Shown here: piece after piece, positions 14,326 through 28,779 of the stretch
How positions within the stretch are numbered: the first letter of the stretch is position 1
How the letters are laid out: the number at the start of each line of letters is the position of its first letter
NCBI GenBank assembly: GCA_951406725.2
Contig: OX597823.1
Span: 47,616,001-47,680,000 of the forward strand
Origin: Octopus vulgaris
Lineage: Eukaryota
Length of the DNA stretch: 64,000 nt
Direction: 5' to 3'
The notes under the pieces: model-generated
Told to the model about the DNA's origin: nothing
The model's database searches: none
What the model saw: the letters and a program-made list of their open reading frames with translations, nothing else
Position numbers and translations under genes: made by a program

Positions 14326-15966
14326 GCTAGGACTTAATATCATTTTAGATGAAGAAACAGAAAGAATTAAACCAAGTAAAGGTTACACAGGAATAATGTA
14401 AAGAAAGTAAAGGTTACACAGGAATAATGTAAAGGACATCAGAAAAACTTGCAGGAACACTGTACCCTAACCAATTTTCTGCTAGCAGATAAATGATGTT
14501 CGTCTGATTCCCAGTTTGAGTAATTTTTCCTAACAAGTTACTTTTAATTTTCTTTTGTATTCTTTGTTTAATATATAAAGATGAATGGCGGTGCCCCAGC
14601 ATGGCCACAGCTCGTGTGCTGAAACTAGATAAAATAAAAGGAAATAAAATAGTATGCACTTACTTATTAAAGAAATTAGGGATAACTACAGAAGTGTGCT
14701 CCATGCCACCAATTTTGTTTCCTCATAACTTTCTTTGTCCCCTACCACTGTTTGATGACTGGTGTTGGTTTGTTTATGGCCCCATAATTCAATGGTTTGG
14801 CAAAAGTGACCAAGAGAATAAATATCAGGTTTTTTAAAAAAATAAGTCCTGGGGTCGATTCAATTGGTTAAAATTTTTTCTATGTGGTGTCACAGCCTAA
14901 TAATGACTGAAACAAGTTAAAGATAAATGATATATATAAATGACAAATGATATATATAAGCACTCGCATGGCTAAGTGGTTAAGAAGCTCACTTTGCATT
15001 CATGTGGTTTTTGTGTTCAGTCCCGCTGCATCATGCCTTGGACTTGGACAAGTGTTTTTACTATTGTCCCAGGTTGATCAAGACCTGGTGAGTGAATTTG
15101 GTAGATTGAAACTGTTCAGAATCCTGATGTGTGTGTACATGTGTGTGTGTATGCGTGTGTGTGTGTATGTGTGTGTGTGTGTTTGTGTAGGTGTCTCCCT
15201 GCCACCACTTGACAACCAGCATTGATTTGTTTATTTCCCTGTAACTTAGTGGTTTGGGAAAAAGTGACCAATAGAATAAACACCACACTTTAAAATAGAA
15301 TCGATTGATTCAACTACACCTTTCAAGGCAGTATCCCAGCATGGCCACAGTCCAAGGACTGAAACAGTTTAGTAAAGAAAACAATTAAAAGGAACATGGC
15401 TAAATTAGACAAAGAAATATTGGTTTCGATTTTGGCACAAGGCCAGCAACTTCAGGGGAAGGGGTATAATTACATCGACTTTCCAGAGATCAATTGGTAC
15501 TTATTTTATCGACCCTGAAATGATGAAAGACAAAGTTGACTTCAGTAAAATTTGAACTAGAACATAAAGGTGTACAAAATGCATACTAAAGATTCTGCCA
15601 GCTCACTGCCATATAAAAAGAGAAATATAACAAAAATTGCTTGAAAAAGTAGGACTCAATGGTATAACTGATGGATTCTTGATTATAGCATAGAGCCAAA
15701 TCCTTTCCGCCCACAAATGTTAAGGAAGCAGAATACATTTCAGTAACTGAAGAATATGTGGCGGTTAGGAAGAAACAATTAATTACATTTTCTCTGAAAT
15801 GTTGAAAGAAAATGAGTTTGTGTAAATGTCCACAGGAAAGATCTCGGAGAATGACAAAGCAAGCAGATTAACAGAGAGATTAAGATTAATCACCTAAATA
15901 TTGTCATCAAGTTGAAACAGGAAAGAAACTGCCATCTAATCTAAGCATCAGTCTCAATACATGTTA

Positions 15967-16220
15967 ATCGCGGTTTCGATTCCCAGACCAGCGTTGTGAG
16001 TGTTTATTGAGCAAAATCACCTAAAAGCTCCACGAGGCTCCGGCAGAGGGTGGTGGCGATCCCTGCTGCACTCTTTCACCACAACTTTCTCTCACTCTTT
16101 CTTCTGTTGGCCTGCTCGCTTAGCCAGCGGGGTGGCATCATTTGAAGGCTAAAACAATGCGAAGCGCATTGTGACCAGCGATGTGTAACAACATCTGATG
16201 GCCTGGTCGGTCACGGTGAT
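15967..16220 (+). mobile_element. SINE-like repeat (reverse partial copy at about 19190-19290)
   Basis: B-box-like GGTTTCGATTCCC. The block AAACAATGCGAAGCGCATTGTGAC recurs inverted at about 19226. Confidence 0.65.
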
Positions 16221-17611
16221 AACAAAGAATTTAGTAAAATAACTTAGTTATGATTAAGCTAGTTTTAGGAACATAAATTGTGACTAAGGTTTGGTGGAAG
16301 ATTTTAATTTAGAACTTCTGAAAACAAGAAATTTATACTACAGAGCCAGAGCAGGTTTATAATAATGGTTTCAAATATTGGCACAAGGCCAATCATTTCA
16401 GAGGAGGGTTTAAATCGATTAAATCAACCCCCAGTTTTCAATAGGTACTTAAGGCAAGGTCAATCCTGGCAGAATTTGAACTCAGAATGTATAGATTGTC
16501 AAAATACCCTTTAAGCATTTTGCCCAGCATCTTAGCAATCCTGCCAGCTCACTGCCTTCACACTACATATAATATTAGTTTCAAATTTTGGCACAAGATC
16601 AGCTGTTATGGGAGAGGGGTAAGTTGATTAAATCAACCCCAGTGTTCAACTGGTACTTATTTTATTGATTCTGAAATGCTAAAAAGCAAAGTCAACCTCA
16701 GCAGAATTTGAACTCAGCACGTAAAGTTGGATGAGATGCTGCTAAACATTTTGCCCAGAGTGCTAATGATTTCTGCCACCTTGCCATCCTGCGGTACTTA
16801 TAATATTAACAGATGGTTTGGGAAATCATTAAAAAAAAAGATACTGGAAGTAAACACTAAAAACCATAACCCCAAGACTTACCGAGATGAGACTATTAGA
16901 CATGACAGTATGGACACTGATGATTGGTCAGAGCAGACAGGATATTGAACCTGTTTAGGCAACGGTGCCTTTTGGCTCTAGAAGCAAACATACACGCATG
17001 CACAGCATGCAGAAATATATACAAGGTCTGATGGAAAAGTATCAGGACTGTTACTATTGTAACAAATCTAAAATATGCAGAGTGAGGCCACAGGGTACAG
17101 ATTGACCTTGATCTCTGTTGGACATCACTCTAAATTATAACGTTCTCATTTACATCCATTGCTTATGGCAGTACTTGGAAGTAAAGTGTGTATGGTGTGG
17201 TCATTACACCACAGAGGTTCCATCAGTGAGCATGATATAGGAAATTGAATGTGTGTATATGGTTGTATGTGTATGTGTGTCTGTATGCGCGTGTGTATAT
17301 AGGGGAGAGAGAGAGCGGGGGGGGGGGCATGCGTGCATAGAAAGAAACATGGCATGAAGGTTATTATGGCCAAAAATCTTTGAAAAAGATCAAATTCCAC
17401 TGCAAAGGAAGAAGATTTTAAGACATTGAGGAAACCTAAAAGAATGCAGCTGCTCACCATCAGAAGAGAGAGAACCAAAGAAGCTTGATATAACATTTGG
17501 TGTCAAGTGAGTCAGCATCAATTCAGCAATACCAAGTGTGGTGAGGTCAGGGTGGTGGAAGTAGCAAAATGGCTGTGCCGTAAGATCTCATACCCAAGTC
17601 TTACAAATGTG

Positions 17612-17945
17612 AACAATCATTATCATCATTGTTCGACCGTGGTCGAGACAATGGAATTTACCATGCTACGCCAGACTTCACGGTCCATCATGGCATTACG
17701 GAGGTCCTGTTGCTGGATGCCTGTATCCCTGGAGATTACATCAGGGTAGGAGAGTGTGCACCCTCTGGTATTGCGAGTAGATGGCTTCCAGAGGAGAAGG
17801 GTAGAAATTACTTCTTTTTCAGCTCTACAACAATGTCCAGCAAACTGGACTCTCCTACCTTTCACAAGAGATGACACAGGTGGTAGTTTCCCATATATTT
17901 GCATTTTGGTTGGATGGCGCTTCCACGAGAGATTTTGAACAAGCA
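17612..17945 (-). mobile_element. 3' fragment of an RTE/RTEX-type LINE
   Basis: RRVQFAGHCCRAEKEVISTLLLWKP...MMDREVWRSMV followed by a (TGA)n-like tail. Confidence 0.8.
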
Positions 17946-18605
17946 GGCATAGGAAATAAGGTGTAACTGTCGGTTAAGAAGGTTGCTTCCTAGCCACATG
18001 GGTTCACTTCAATCCTACCGTGTGGCAAGTGTTTTCTACTATAGACTCAGGCTGATCGAAGAATTGTGAGTGGATTTGGTAGACGGAAAATATATCGTGT
18101 GTGTGTGTGAGTGCGTGTGTATAAGTGTGTGTGTGTTTATGTTTGTGTTTGTCTCCCACCTTGCTTGAAACCCGGTGATGGTGTCTTTACGTCCCCTTAA
18201 TCTAGCATTTCAACAAAAGAGAACAATAGATTAAGTGACAAGCTTTAAAAAAAAAAGACAAGTACAGGGGTCGATTCCTTCCACTAAAAATTCTTATTTC
18301 TTTATTGCCCACAAGTGGCTAAATACAGAGGGGACAAACAAGGACAGACAAAGGGATTAAGTCAATTGCATCGACCCCAGTGCGTAACTGGTACTTAATT
18401 TATCGACCCCAAAAGGATGAAAGGCAAAGTCGACCTCGGCGGAATTTGAACTTGGAACGTAACAGTAGACGAAATACCGCTAAGCACTTCGCCCGGCGTG
18501 CTAACGTTTCTGTCAGCTTGCCGCCTTCTCATTCAACTAAAAATTCTTCAAGGCGTTGCTCCAGCATGGCTGCAATCTAATTATTCAAATCAAGTAAAAG
18601 TTAGA
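17944..18605 (+). mobile_element. SINE family A interrupted by a family B SINE
   Basis: The family A body is split at ACTAAAAATTCTT, which is duplicated on both sides of the insert. Confidence 0.85.
18296..18527 (-). mobile_element. SINE family B with the CTTGTGGGCAATAAAG tail, flanked by TSD
   Basis: Minus-strand full-length copy. TSD TTCMACTAAAAATTCTT at about 18279-18295 and 18532-18548. Confidence 0.88.
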
Positions 18606-19605
18606 AGATGATAAACACTAATATAACAGCAACACCGAAACAAAACACAGCAACACAGCACCTGCCAAATACACTCATAACTATTCTTGGTAACTTAGTG
18701 AAAACATAATAAAAAACAAACAAGCAGATTAGCATAAACCAATAATGGAAACTAAAATTTCACAAACCAGTAATCTGAATGTAATGTCAACTAATTAAAT
18801 TATTAATAAAAACTATCTTTAATAAAAAGAGACGTGTTAAAGGCGTGTTATGGCCTCTGATAGCATAATTTTCTAATGACTATCTGCATTGAAAATTGAG
18901 TATGCTATTGAAGAAAGATTCTAACACAGTCATTTAACCTGCTAAATTGTGACTAAATCTTGTATGTCTTTGACAACAAATCTAAATATCTCAGGTTTTG
19001 AGTCTGTATGTTGTATGAGCAGACATTCTATGTCCATAATTTGTGTATGCAACATTTAACTTATGTGGCACACACACACACAAGTTTCATTTCTCAATCA
19101 CCACCTGATCTACTAATAAGATGTAAACACATGTTAAATAAGAATGATTTCTAACATGGGTATAAGTCCACACACCACACTAGCACAGTGTCGACCAGAA
19201 TATCGGTTGTTGATATACATTGCTAGTCACAATGCGCTTCGCATTGTTTGAGATTCCGAATGAAGTCACCCCGCTGGCTAAATGAGGAGGGCAAAATTTC
19301 CCCTTAATCTGAAGGCTGTTCCGTCACAAGGTTACCCATTTACAGCTGAGTGGACTGGAGCAATGTGAAATGAAGTGTTTTGCACAAGACACCGCCCGGT
19401 ACTGGAACTGAACTCATGATCTAGCGATTGTAAGTGCAATACCATAATCACTAAACTACCCACCTGCACGTAATCCACTTATATGGACTCCAATACTTGA
19501 CAGGTATTTTATTTTGTCTGTTATGGAAGAGCAAAAGACAAATTTGACTCCGGGTGAGGCTGGTATAAATAAATACCACAGCGTATTTGCTATTATTTCA
19601 CTATA

Positions 19606-20087
19606 CTGTAAATCCTCGAGTATAGTCCGCCCTTGAGTATAATACGCAGGGGATTTTTAGGAGGCTGTACCTCTGAAAAACCTAAATCTTGTGTATAATA
19701 CGCACCCCTTCTCTAATTTGAGTCAAGGAGGGCTATATTAACGTCATTGGTTTGTAAAACTGTATACGGTAACGTCCTTTATTATTATTGTATATATAAC
19801 ATAATGCAAACATGTAGCTTTTTTGTGCAGTTTGTCTGCAGAAAATAAAGAAATAACAGTAATAACATTTAATAAATGTTGCTAACTGCAAGTTTTGGAT
19901 GATTTAAGGTATTTTCGCGCTCGACATCACAAAATGCGTCTGAATAAACATTGCCGGACAGCAAATAGAGACTCGGACATTGCTTAAAAAATGATTTTCA
20001 TTTTTAACCTCGTATATAGCACGCACTAGGGATTTTGACCTTTAAATTTTTGGGGAAAAAATGCAGATCATACTCGAGGATTTACGG
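19606..20087. mobile_element. Tc1/mariner (pogo/Tigger-like) MITE
   Basis: TIRs CTGTAAATCCTCGAGTAT / ATACTCGAGGATTTACGG with TA on both sides. Confidence 0.85.
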
Positions 20088-20094
20088 TAAATAA

Positions 20095-20330
20095 AGACCG
20101 TGAGCTGGCAGAATCATTTGCACACTGTGCAAAATACTTAGTGGCATTTCGTCTGTACCTATGTTCGTTCTAAGTTCAAATTCTGCCGAGGTCGACTTTA
20201 CTGTTCATCCTTTCAGAGATGATGAAATAAGTACCAGTTACGCAGTGGGGGTCGATGTAACCAACTAGCCCCCCCCCCTTCACAATTTCAGGCCTTGTGC
20301 TTTTAGCAGAAAGGATTATTTATTATTATT
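20095..20330 (+). mobile_element. SINE family B with GGCCTTGTGC..AGAAAGGATTATT tail
   Basis: Same head and body as 39094 but a different tail. Other family B copies at about 13580(-), 15420(-), 16365(-), 16575(-), 39370, 40354(-) and 43095. Confidence 0.85.
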
Positions 20331-20358
20331 ATAATACATACATACATACATACATATA

Positions 20359-20521
20359 GGCGCAGGAGTGGCTGTGTGGTAAGTGGCTTGCTTACCAACC
20401 ACATGGTTCCGAGTTAAGTCCTACTGCGTGGCATCTTGGGCAAGTGTCTTCTGCTATAGCCCCGGGCCGACCAAAGCCTTGTGAGTGGATTTGGTAGACG
20501 GAAACTGAAAGAAGCCTGTCG

Positions 20522-20570
<49 letters not shown>

Positions 20571-20771
20571 TTGTGTTTGTCCCCCTAGCATTGCTTGACA
20601 ACCGATGCTGGTGTGTTTACGTCCCTGTCACTTAGCGGTTCGGCAAAAGAGACCGATAGAATAAGTACCGGTCTTACAAAGAATAAGTCCCGGGGTCGAT
20701 TTACTCGACTAAAGGCGGTGCTCCAGCATGGCCGCAGTCAAATGACTGAAACAAGTAAAAGAGTAAAGAGT
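20359..20771 (+). mobile_element. Full-length tRNA-type SINE family A with internal (TA)/(TG) microsatellite
   Basis: GGCGCAGGAGTGGCTGTGTGGTAAG head (A/B-box-like), GTGGATTTGGTAGACGGAAACTGAAAGAAGCC body, and TGACTGAAACAAGTAAAAGAG tail. Confidence 0.9.
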
Positions 20772-20971
20772 ATTGCTTTACTTCTCAGAGTGCTCGATCT
20801 TGTTTGCTCTGGTTGATTCTGTGGGAGTGGACAACAGCCTGCAGTCAGAAGTCTCACAGGGTCTCTTTCCTCACACTGTAAAGCTTTGTACTTGGTTTTT
20901 TAATTATCGTACGTGACATTCAGCATCCAACTACCAAAGCATAAAAGAATATATATATATATGTATATATC

Positions 20972-21022
20972 AGCTTCCTGATGATTTCATTTGAATGAAA
21001 CAGTTCTAGTCCTGTAGAAGCT
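20972..21022 (+). ncRNA. Type I hammerhead ribozyme motif
   Basis: AGCTTC-CTGATGA-TTTCATTTGAAT-GAAA-CAG-TTCTAGTC-CTG-TA-GAAGCT. Stem I AGCTTC/GAAGCT, canonical CUGAUGA and GAAA cores, stem III ACAG/CTGT, GUA cleavage triplet. Stem II is weak. Confidence 0.75.
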
Positions 21023-21148
21023 CCTTCTATAAAATAAATTAATTTACTCTGCTATGTATTGAGTACCTTATTTACTGTGGTTAACCCCGACTCAACCCGG
21101 GACCTACATATATGTATATATATATATAGGCATACACACACACATACA

Positions 21149-21184
<36 letters not shown>

Positions 21185-21193
21185 TACATACAG

Positions 21194-21247
<54 letters not shown>

Positions 21248-21297
21248 CTTTGTATGTAATTTATGTATATACATATGTATGTATGTTTGTATGTATG

Positions 21298-21331
<34 letters not shown>

Positions 21332-21660
21332 TGTATAAGACCACCTTGACGTATATGATAGGAGAGAACAGATGATCGATAGAGTCTGGAGTAATTTTCT
21401 TACTAACCCACTAATGTGTACGGTCAACAAGTCTATCAAGGGTGAGGGTGTGGTCCCGGTTGTATAATTAGCATAGATAACACACAACATGCTCTGAACT
21501 TAATATTTTATTGACCACATTTTTGTCTTGTTAAACAGCCTAATCAACCTTTTCAATGTCAAATGTATTTAGGCGACGCCCTTTCTGTAATTTCTCAGAC
21601 TTTTTTACAAATTCTTGATTCCTTGGGCAACAAACTTGTTATTTATAATGTAGAAATATT

Positions 21661-23600
21661 CTAGAAGCTTGCTTTCCAGTGTGCAATGCCAAACGGCTCC
21701 GATAGGTGGCCGTTTACTTTGACCAATAAATAGGTGCCACTGTGCATTGCAGCGATCCAGCCTCTGTAAACGGGTCCGAAACCGCTTGCTTTCCAGACGG
21801 CTTCCAAGTAGCCATGGTCGACCCTATCGAATGCTTTTGATTGATCCAAATTGATGAGAACATCCCCGAAGCCGGCTGTGGTCCCAGCCCTCTCTATGAT
21901 GTATCGCATAAGGTGGGGGTTGTCGCGGATAAACCAGCTCGGGATTACGCATGTTTGTGCTTCTCCGACCAGGCTACCGACAACAAACGCTAACCTTTTC
22001 GCTAACACCTTGGCCAAAACCTTAAATTCTGTGTTTAGCAGCAAATATGACATGAATACAGAATTAGTAGCGAAGATCATCAAAATCGGGCGATCCGCGA
22101 CTTGTGCAATCGCTCATCACCTCCCAAATTTCAGCGGCTGTTATCGGCCTCTCACATAACCTCATGTCAGCTGCTGAGAGCTGCGGCAAGCTGTCCAAGT
22201 ACGAACTTTAGTCCAGTACCGTCGTTGACTCTTCGCCTTCTCCAGACAGTCGCGCGAAGTGCTGCTGAAAAGTCACACACATCTGCGCAGAGTCGCGTAG
22301 CACGCGCCCATCCCGATCCGTCAAAGACCTGATCGTGTTTTTGATTCCACGTCGTGTCTCCACTGTTCGAGCGAACGGGCCTTAGCTCTAACAACGCAAC
22401 CTTCATGTTTCGCTTCGAATAAACGATCAAGAGTCATTCTCGCCGCTAGCACATCGGTCGCAATGCTCTTTTTAATCGCCTGTTCTAATTTGCTAACTAG
22501 TTCACCCTCTAATCTAGAGGGTGAACTAGTTCACCCAGCTTCTGTCGGGGCATAGACGACCACCAATCTAAGGGCGCCACTTTCGCTACCATTCAATTCT
22601 AAGACCACCAACCTACCGCCCGGATCTAAGATCATTGCCTTTACTTCGAGATCTAAGGATTTTCAGAATAGCACTGCTACACCACCAGACAGACCACATG
22701 ATGAGAATATCTCATAGTCATCGAATATGGGTGCTAATGCTTGCACATTAGAAATCCTTATCTCGCTAATTGCAGCCACATCTAAATCGACCGACCTGAG
22801 GTTGTTTAGCAAATTACCTTTCTTCCAAGCTGACTCCAGGCTACGAACATTCACACACCTTACTCTGAAAACAACCATGTTTATCAGAGAAATAAATAGA
22901 AGGTCACTTACCTTAAATTTTGAGAGGGTCGGCTGATTCAGCTGTCTCGTCTGACACATTAGCATTAATGAAGGGCCTTCCTAAAGTCCTCTTAAAATTC
23001 TTAAGTTCGTGTCGGGAGTTTATGGTGTATCTATGTCGGCCGCCTGTAGGGATGGTCTGGCGTTGCTTGTTTCCACTGCTTCAGTTGTTGGTGCCATTGT
23101 GGTGATGGGATTCCGTTGTGGAAAGTTATGCTTTAACGGCTGTTGCTGCACTGATTGTTGTTGCAGCTTTTGGCCTTCTTGAGGTGGTAGTGGTAGCTCG
23201 TTTCTCGAGCTCCATTTTGTGGATTTTGTAGGCAGCCGACCTTCAAATGGGCGTTAGACCCACAAGTGTAGCACCTTGCTCCGTTGAGCAGCTCTATAAG
23301 GTCGGGGACCTTGTCCAGGGATTTCGGTTTTATCTGGATCAAAATCTCCAACTCGATTCCGGATCAGTTCTCCTTCCGATATTTTTTCATTTCTAGAAGC
23401 GAATCCGAGCCTTCGACCACAGCGCAAACAACCAATTACCAAATGTCTAATTCTGGTGGCACTATTTCAACTTTCACCACTCGCCGTCTAAGGTATGTGG
23501 GAAAATAATCTGCCGCTTTCAAAACAAAAACAAAAAAACGATATCAAAACTACCAAACTGCAAAGCGGCAGGACCAGACGGAATTCAAGGCTACTGGCTC
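21661..23600 (-). mobile_element. Decayed, internally deleted Tx1/L1-clade LINE (ORF1 knuckle, APE endonuclease and RT remnants)
   Basis: Minus-strand translations. ORF1: YFPTYLRRRVVKVEIVPPELD and RCYTCGSNAHLKVGC. Endonuclease: NVRSL..LDVAAISE..SGGVAVLF..DPGGRLVVLE..VVYAPT. RT: LLNTEFKVLAKVLAKRL..EAQTCVIP..LDQSKAFDRVDHGYL..VKVNGHLSEPF. Stops and deletions throughout. Confidence 0.9.
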
Positions 23601-23654
23601 AAGTGGTTTAGGTTAATACACAATTGCGCTGCAATTAGGCAATTGCCTAAAGAG

Positions 23655-23847
23655 CATTTAAATGAACAATGCAATCATTACATCAATTTAAATGCAGGGT
23701 CATCCTCAGATGCTTAAATAAATAGAATTTTTTGATCAGTCGGACACATTAATATAATTTTACTTAAATTCTCTAATAGTGCATGAAGAGGGAAAAAGTC
23801 CATGTTGCATTTAAAGTGATGTAATGATTGCATTGTTCAATTAAATG
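23655..23847. repeat. Inverted-repeat element (MITE-like), arms of about 42 bp
   Basis: CATTTAAATGAACAATGCAATCATTACATCAATTTAAATGCA pairs with TGCATTTAAAGTGATGTAATGATTGCATTGTTCAATTAAATG. Confidence 0.75.
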
Positions 23848-23983
23848 GAGTCGCTTGAAACGGTCGTACGGCATCACCTCTTGATATCATGTTTCTTATT
23901 TTGATTTTGTTCACCTTACATTGAGTAGTACGGACAATACCACACTGACTTGGTGCTTAAAGTACCTAATTCAACTGAATCTC

Positions 23984-24020
<37 letters not shown>

Positions 24021-24330
24021 CATGCATAATACATTATGCATATACATATACACACACACACATATATATATATATGTGCATATATATGTATACGTGCGCG
24101 CATGTACGCACACACATAATACGCTACTATCGAACAGTGAGAATAAGTGCTCAACTCCGCATTGGTGGATAAATAGTCTTTATTTGTAAATTAACAAGGC
24201 TATCAATGATTGCATGTAGAAAGAAATCTCTCAAGTTATCAAGCAAATCACATGGAAACATTGGTATGTTGTCTCCACCCTGGATGAGAATACATCTGTC
24301 TATCTATTTATCTAGCTATTTCCCTCCCTC

Positions 24331-24378
<48 letters not shown>

Positions 24379-24389
24379 GGTGTCCTTCC

Positions 24390-24462
<73 letters not shown>

Positions 24463-24792
24463 CGGGTTTCCTTTTGTTTCCGTCTACCAGATCCTCTCAC
24501 AAGGTTTTAATCAGCCCGGGGCTTTAGTAGAAGTCACTTGTCCCAGGGTCCCACGCAATGGAATTGAACTCAGCACCATGTGGTTCGAAAGTAAACTTTA
24601 AAGCTTTCAAGCATAACCCTGTACTGGTAGTTTTCGACTTACAACCAATCCAATGACATTTATAATGAATACCTGGGGATTAATGTTTTAAATGTTGTTA
24701 ACACAAAATACAGTCAAAAATATGTGACTTAAAAATGGGCATATTTCTTCCGCTGTTTAACGAATTTTTCATTAGAAATGATTAGCCTTAAT

Positions 24793-25211
24793 ACTCTTTA
24801 CTCTTTACTCTTTTACTCTTTTACTTGTTTCAGTCATTTGACTGCGGCCATGCTGGAGCACCACCTTTAGTCGAGCAAATCGACCCCGGGACTTATTCTT
24901 TGTAAGCCCAGTACTTATTCTATCGGTCTCTTTTGCCGAACCGCTAAGTGACGGGGACGTAAACACACCAGCATCGGTTGTCAAGCAATGCTAGGGGGAC
25001 GAACATAGACACACAAACATACACACAAATACATATATATATACATATATACGACAGGCTTCTTTCAGTTTCCGTCTACCAAATCCACTCACAAGGCTTT
25101 GGTCGGCCCGAGGCTATAGTAGAAGACACTTGCCCAAGGTGCCACGCAGTGGGACTGAACCCGGAACCATGTGGTTGGTAAACAAGCTACTTACCACACA
25201 GCCACTCCTGC
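24793..25211 (-). mobile_element. Full-length SINE family A
   Basis: Near-identical reverse complement of 20359-20771. Confidence 0.9.
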
Positions 25212-25656
25212 AGTTCTTCTATTTAACTTATGCGCATTGGCTCGAGAACGAAGTTTGCTTAGTGGGTGCAAACCTAGGTACAACATTTATCACAAACAAG
25301 ATCCTTATGATCTTTTTCGCTTCATTTATTTTTGTTCTATGTTCTTTGAGAAGAAACTTAACTTCAAGCTATTTCTTACGCATCACATTTTTTTTAAAGC
25401 AATGTTTTCTAAACCTTAGAAAAGTAAGAAGGAATGCAAAGTTTCATTTTACAGCCAACAAAAAAATTTTAGGAGGAGGTGCACTTGCATACCCTGCAAG
25501 CCCCTGTTCCAGGGCCCATGCTTAAATGTATGACTGGCATAAGCCAATGAAATAAACGAAAGTATCTTAGTGTTTTAATGTCTTTTGAACCTAGTTAGAA
25601 AAGTTTGTCACCTGAGGAAATGGAAATTTGTGTAAATTTTGAATAGTGATGCAAAA

Positions 25657-25719
<63 letters not shown>

Positions 25720-25744
25720 ATATCAAACATACTACATATATATA

Positions 25745-26139
25745 TCTTTATATATAAAAGTAAGGTTGTGTGTCTGTCTCCTACGATTTAGATTTCTATC
25801 TACTCCCACATTTTGCGGTGCAGTGTAACCAAAAGCGGGTATCTTATAGTCGTGATTCATATCGAGCCCTTCTGGGTATTAGCGCGCGTCTACGCTGAGT
25901 CTACGATTTTAAAAATAATTTACCATAATTTTTTTCCATTTTAATGCATATTTTTTTTAATATAAGGGAAGTAACTTTCTAAAAATGTCTACAATGAGTC
26001 AACGATTTAAAAAAAAATTTACCATAATTTTTTTTCCATTTTTAATGCATTTTTTTGCTATTTTTTGGCTATAACTCTCTAAAAATGCTTTATAGTTATT
26101 TCCCTTACAAACCCGAGCAACGCCGGGCGATACTGCTAG
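25745..26139 (+). mobile_element. Non-autonomous Helitron
   Basis: A|TC start (TCTTTATATATAAAAG), subterminal hairpin CCCGAGCAACGCCGGG, CTAG|T end, no TSD. Homologous to 47329-47723. Confidence 0.85.
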
Positions 26140-26269
26140 TAATAAATAAATAAATTTATTTACCTATCGCACCCTGTTTATACACATACATAGATATATA
26201 CTCTCTCTCTCTCTCACACACACACATACATCGTCTTCATCATCTTCATCACCATCATCATCATCATCA

Positions 26270-26690
26270 TCATTTAACGTCCATTATCCATGCTGGCATT
26301 GGTTAGACTGTTTGACCAGGGCTGATAATCTGAGAGACTGCACCAGATTCCAGCCAGATTTGGCATGGTTTCTGGATGCTCTTCCTAACACCAATCACTC
26401 TGAGGGTGTAATGACTGCTTTTACGTGTCACCAGCCCGGGTGCCAGTCGCGTGACGCCAGTATCTGCCACGACTACAATTTTCAGTTGACTTGATTGGTC
26501 TCCTACTCAAGCACGATGTATTGCCAAAGGTATTGGTCATTTATCATTGCCTCCGTGAGGCCCAACGTTCGAAAGGTGTTTTTTATGTGGCAGCGATATG
26601 GGTGCCAATTATGTGACACCGACATCGGCCACGGCTACGATTTCACTTGGCTTGACGGGTCTTCTCAGGCACGGCATATTGTCACTAGTC
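26270..26690 (-). mobile_element. Interspersed repeat with (TGA)n tail, probably RTE-related (copies at about 37500, 37815, 38170 and 45110)
   Basis: Shared (CAT)n-TTTAACGTCC..TCCATGCTGGCAT..CTGGATGCCCTTCCTAACACCAA. Confidence 0.7.
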
Positions 26691-26700
26691 AAATCATAAA

Positions 26701-27794
<1,094 letters not shown>

Positions 27795-27930
27795 CGAGTA
27801 TATACTTGCAAACATGCATACAAATGTGTGTGTAAATACATATATACATATGTATCAGTATGCGAACATACATAATACACACACACTCACACACGGATAT
27901 ATATAAACATATATATCTATGTATGTATAT

Positions 27931-27971
<41 letters not shown>

Positions 27972-28779
27972 TCCAGTCTGTAAGTATTACACTAGCTTGG
28001 TATCATGGTTGGATGGTATCGTGTTTGGAATTTTATTCTGCTGAGACAGATATTGTTACCGTTTTCAAATGTATCTTAATTTTTATTTTTAATTCTAGAA
28101 TTTATGAAAACCTTTCATGTAGATTTTGAAAAAAAAAACTGCTCTATAAATAACTTCGTGGAAGTCAGTAAACATTTATTTTGCACTAATTAAAAACGTA
28201 TTTACAGTTTGTCAAGGATTGTGAATCAAATATAAATCATGCTTTTCCGTTTCTGTATTTCAAAAGAATAAAAATTTCTTTGAAACAAAGCAAAGAATAG
28301 CTAAAGACTTTCCTATTGGACAGATATATGCATTAATTTATTGGAATCGATAGGAACAAGCAAATAAGAATGACAGTTAGCATAATATAGGCGCAGGCGT
28401 GACTGTGTGGTAATGTGGTAAGAATTTCATATCCCAAGCACATGGTTTGAGGTTCAGTCCTACAGCGTGACACCTTGTGCAAGAGTCTTCTACTATAGCT
28501 CTGTGCCGACCAAACCCTTGTGAGTGGATTTGATAAACGGAAACTGAAAGAAGCCCGTCGTATATGCGAAGGCGTATGCGTCTTTGTGTCCGTGTTTGTC
28601 CTTCCACTGGTGTTGATGTCCTTACATCTCCATGACTTAGTGGTTCGGCAAATTAGAGAATTGGGAGCGATTCGTTCGGCTAAGATTCTTCAGACAGGTG
28701 CCTCAACATGGCTGTAGTCCAATGATTGAAACAAGTTAAAGGATACATACATCAAAATATCTCATTTCATTTCATATTC

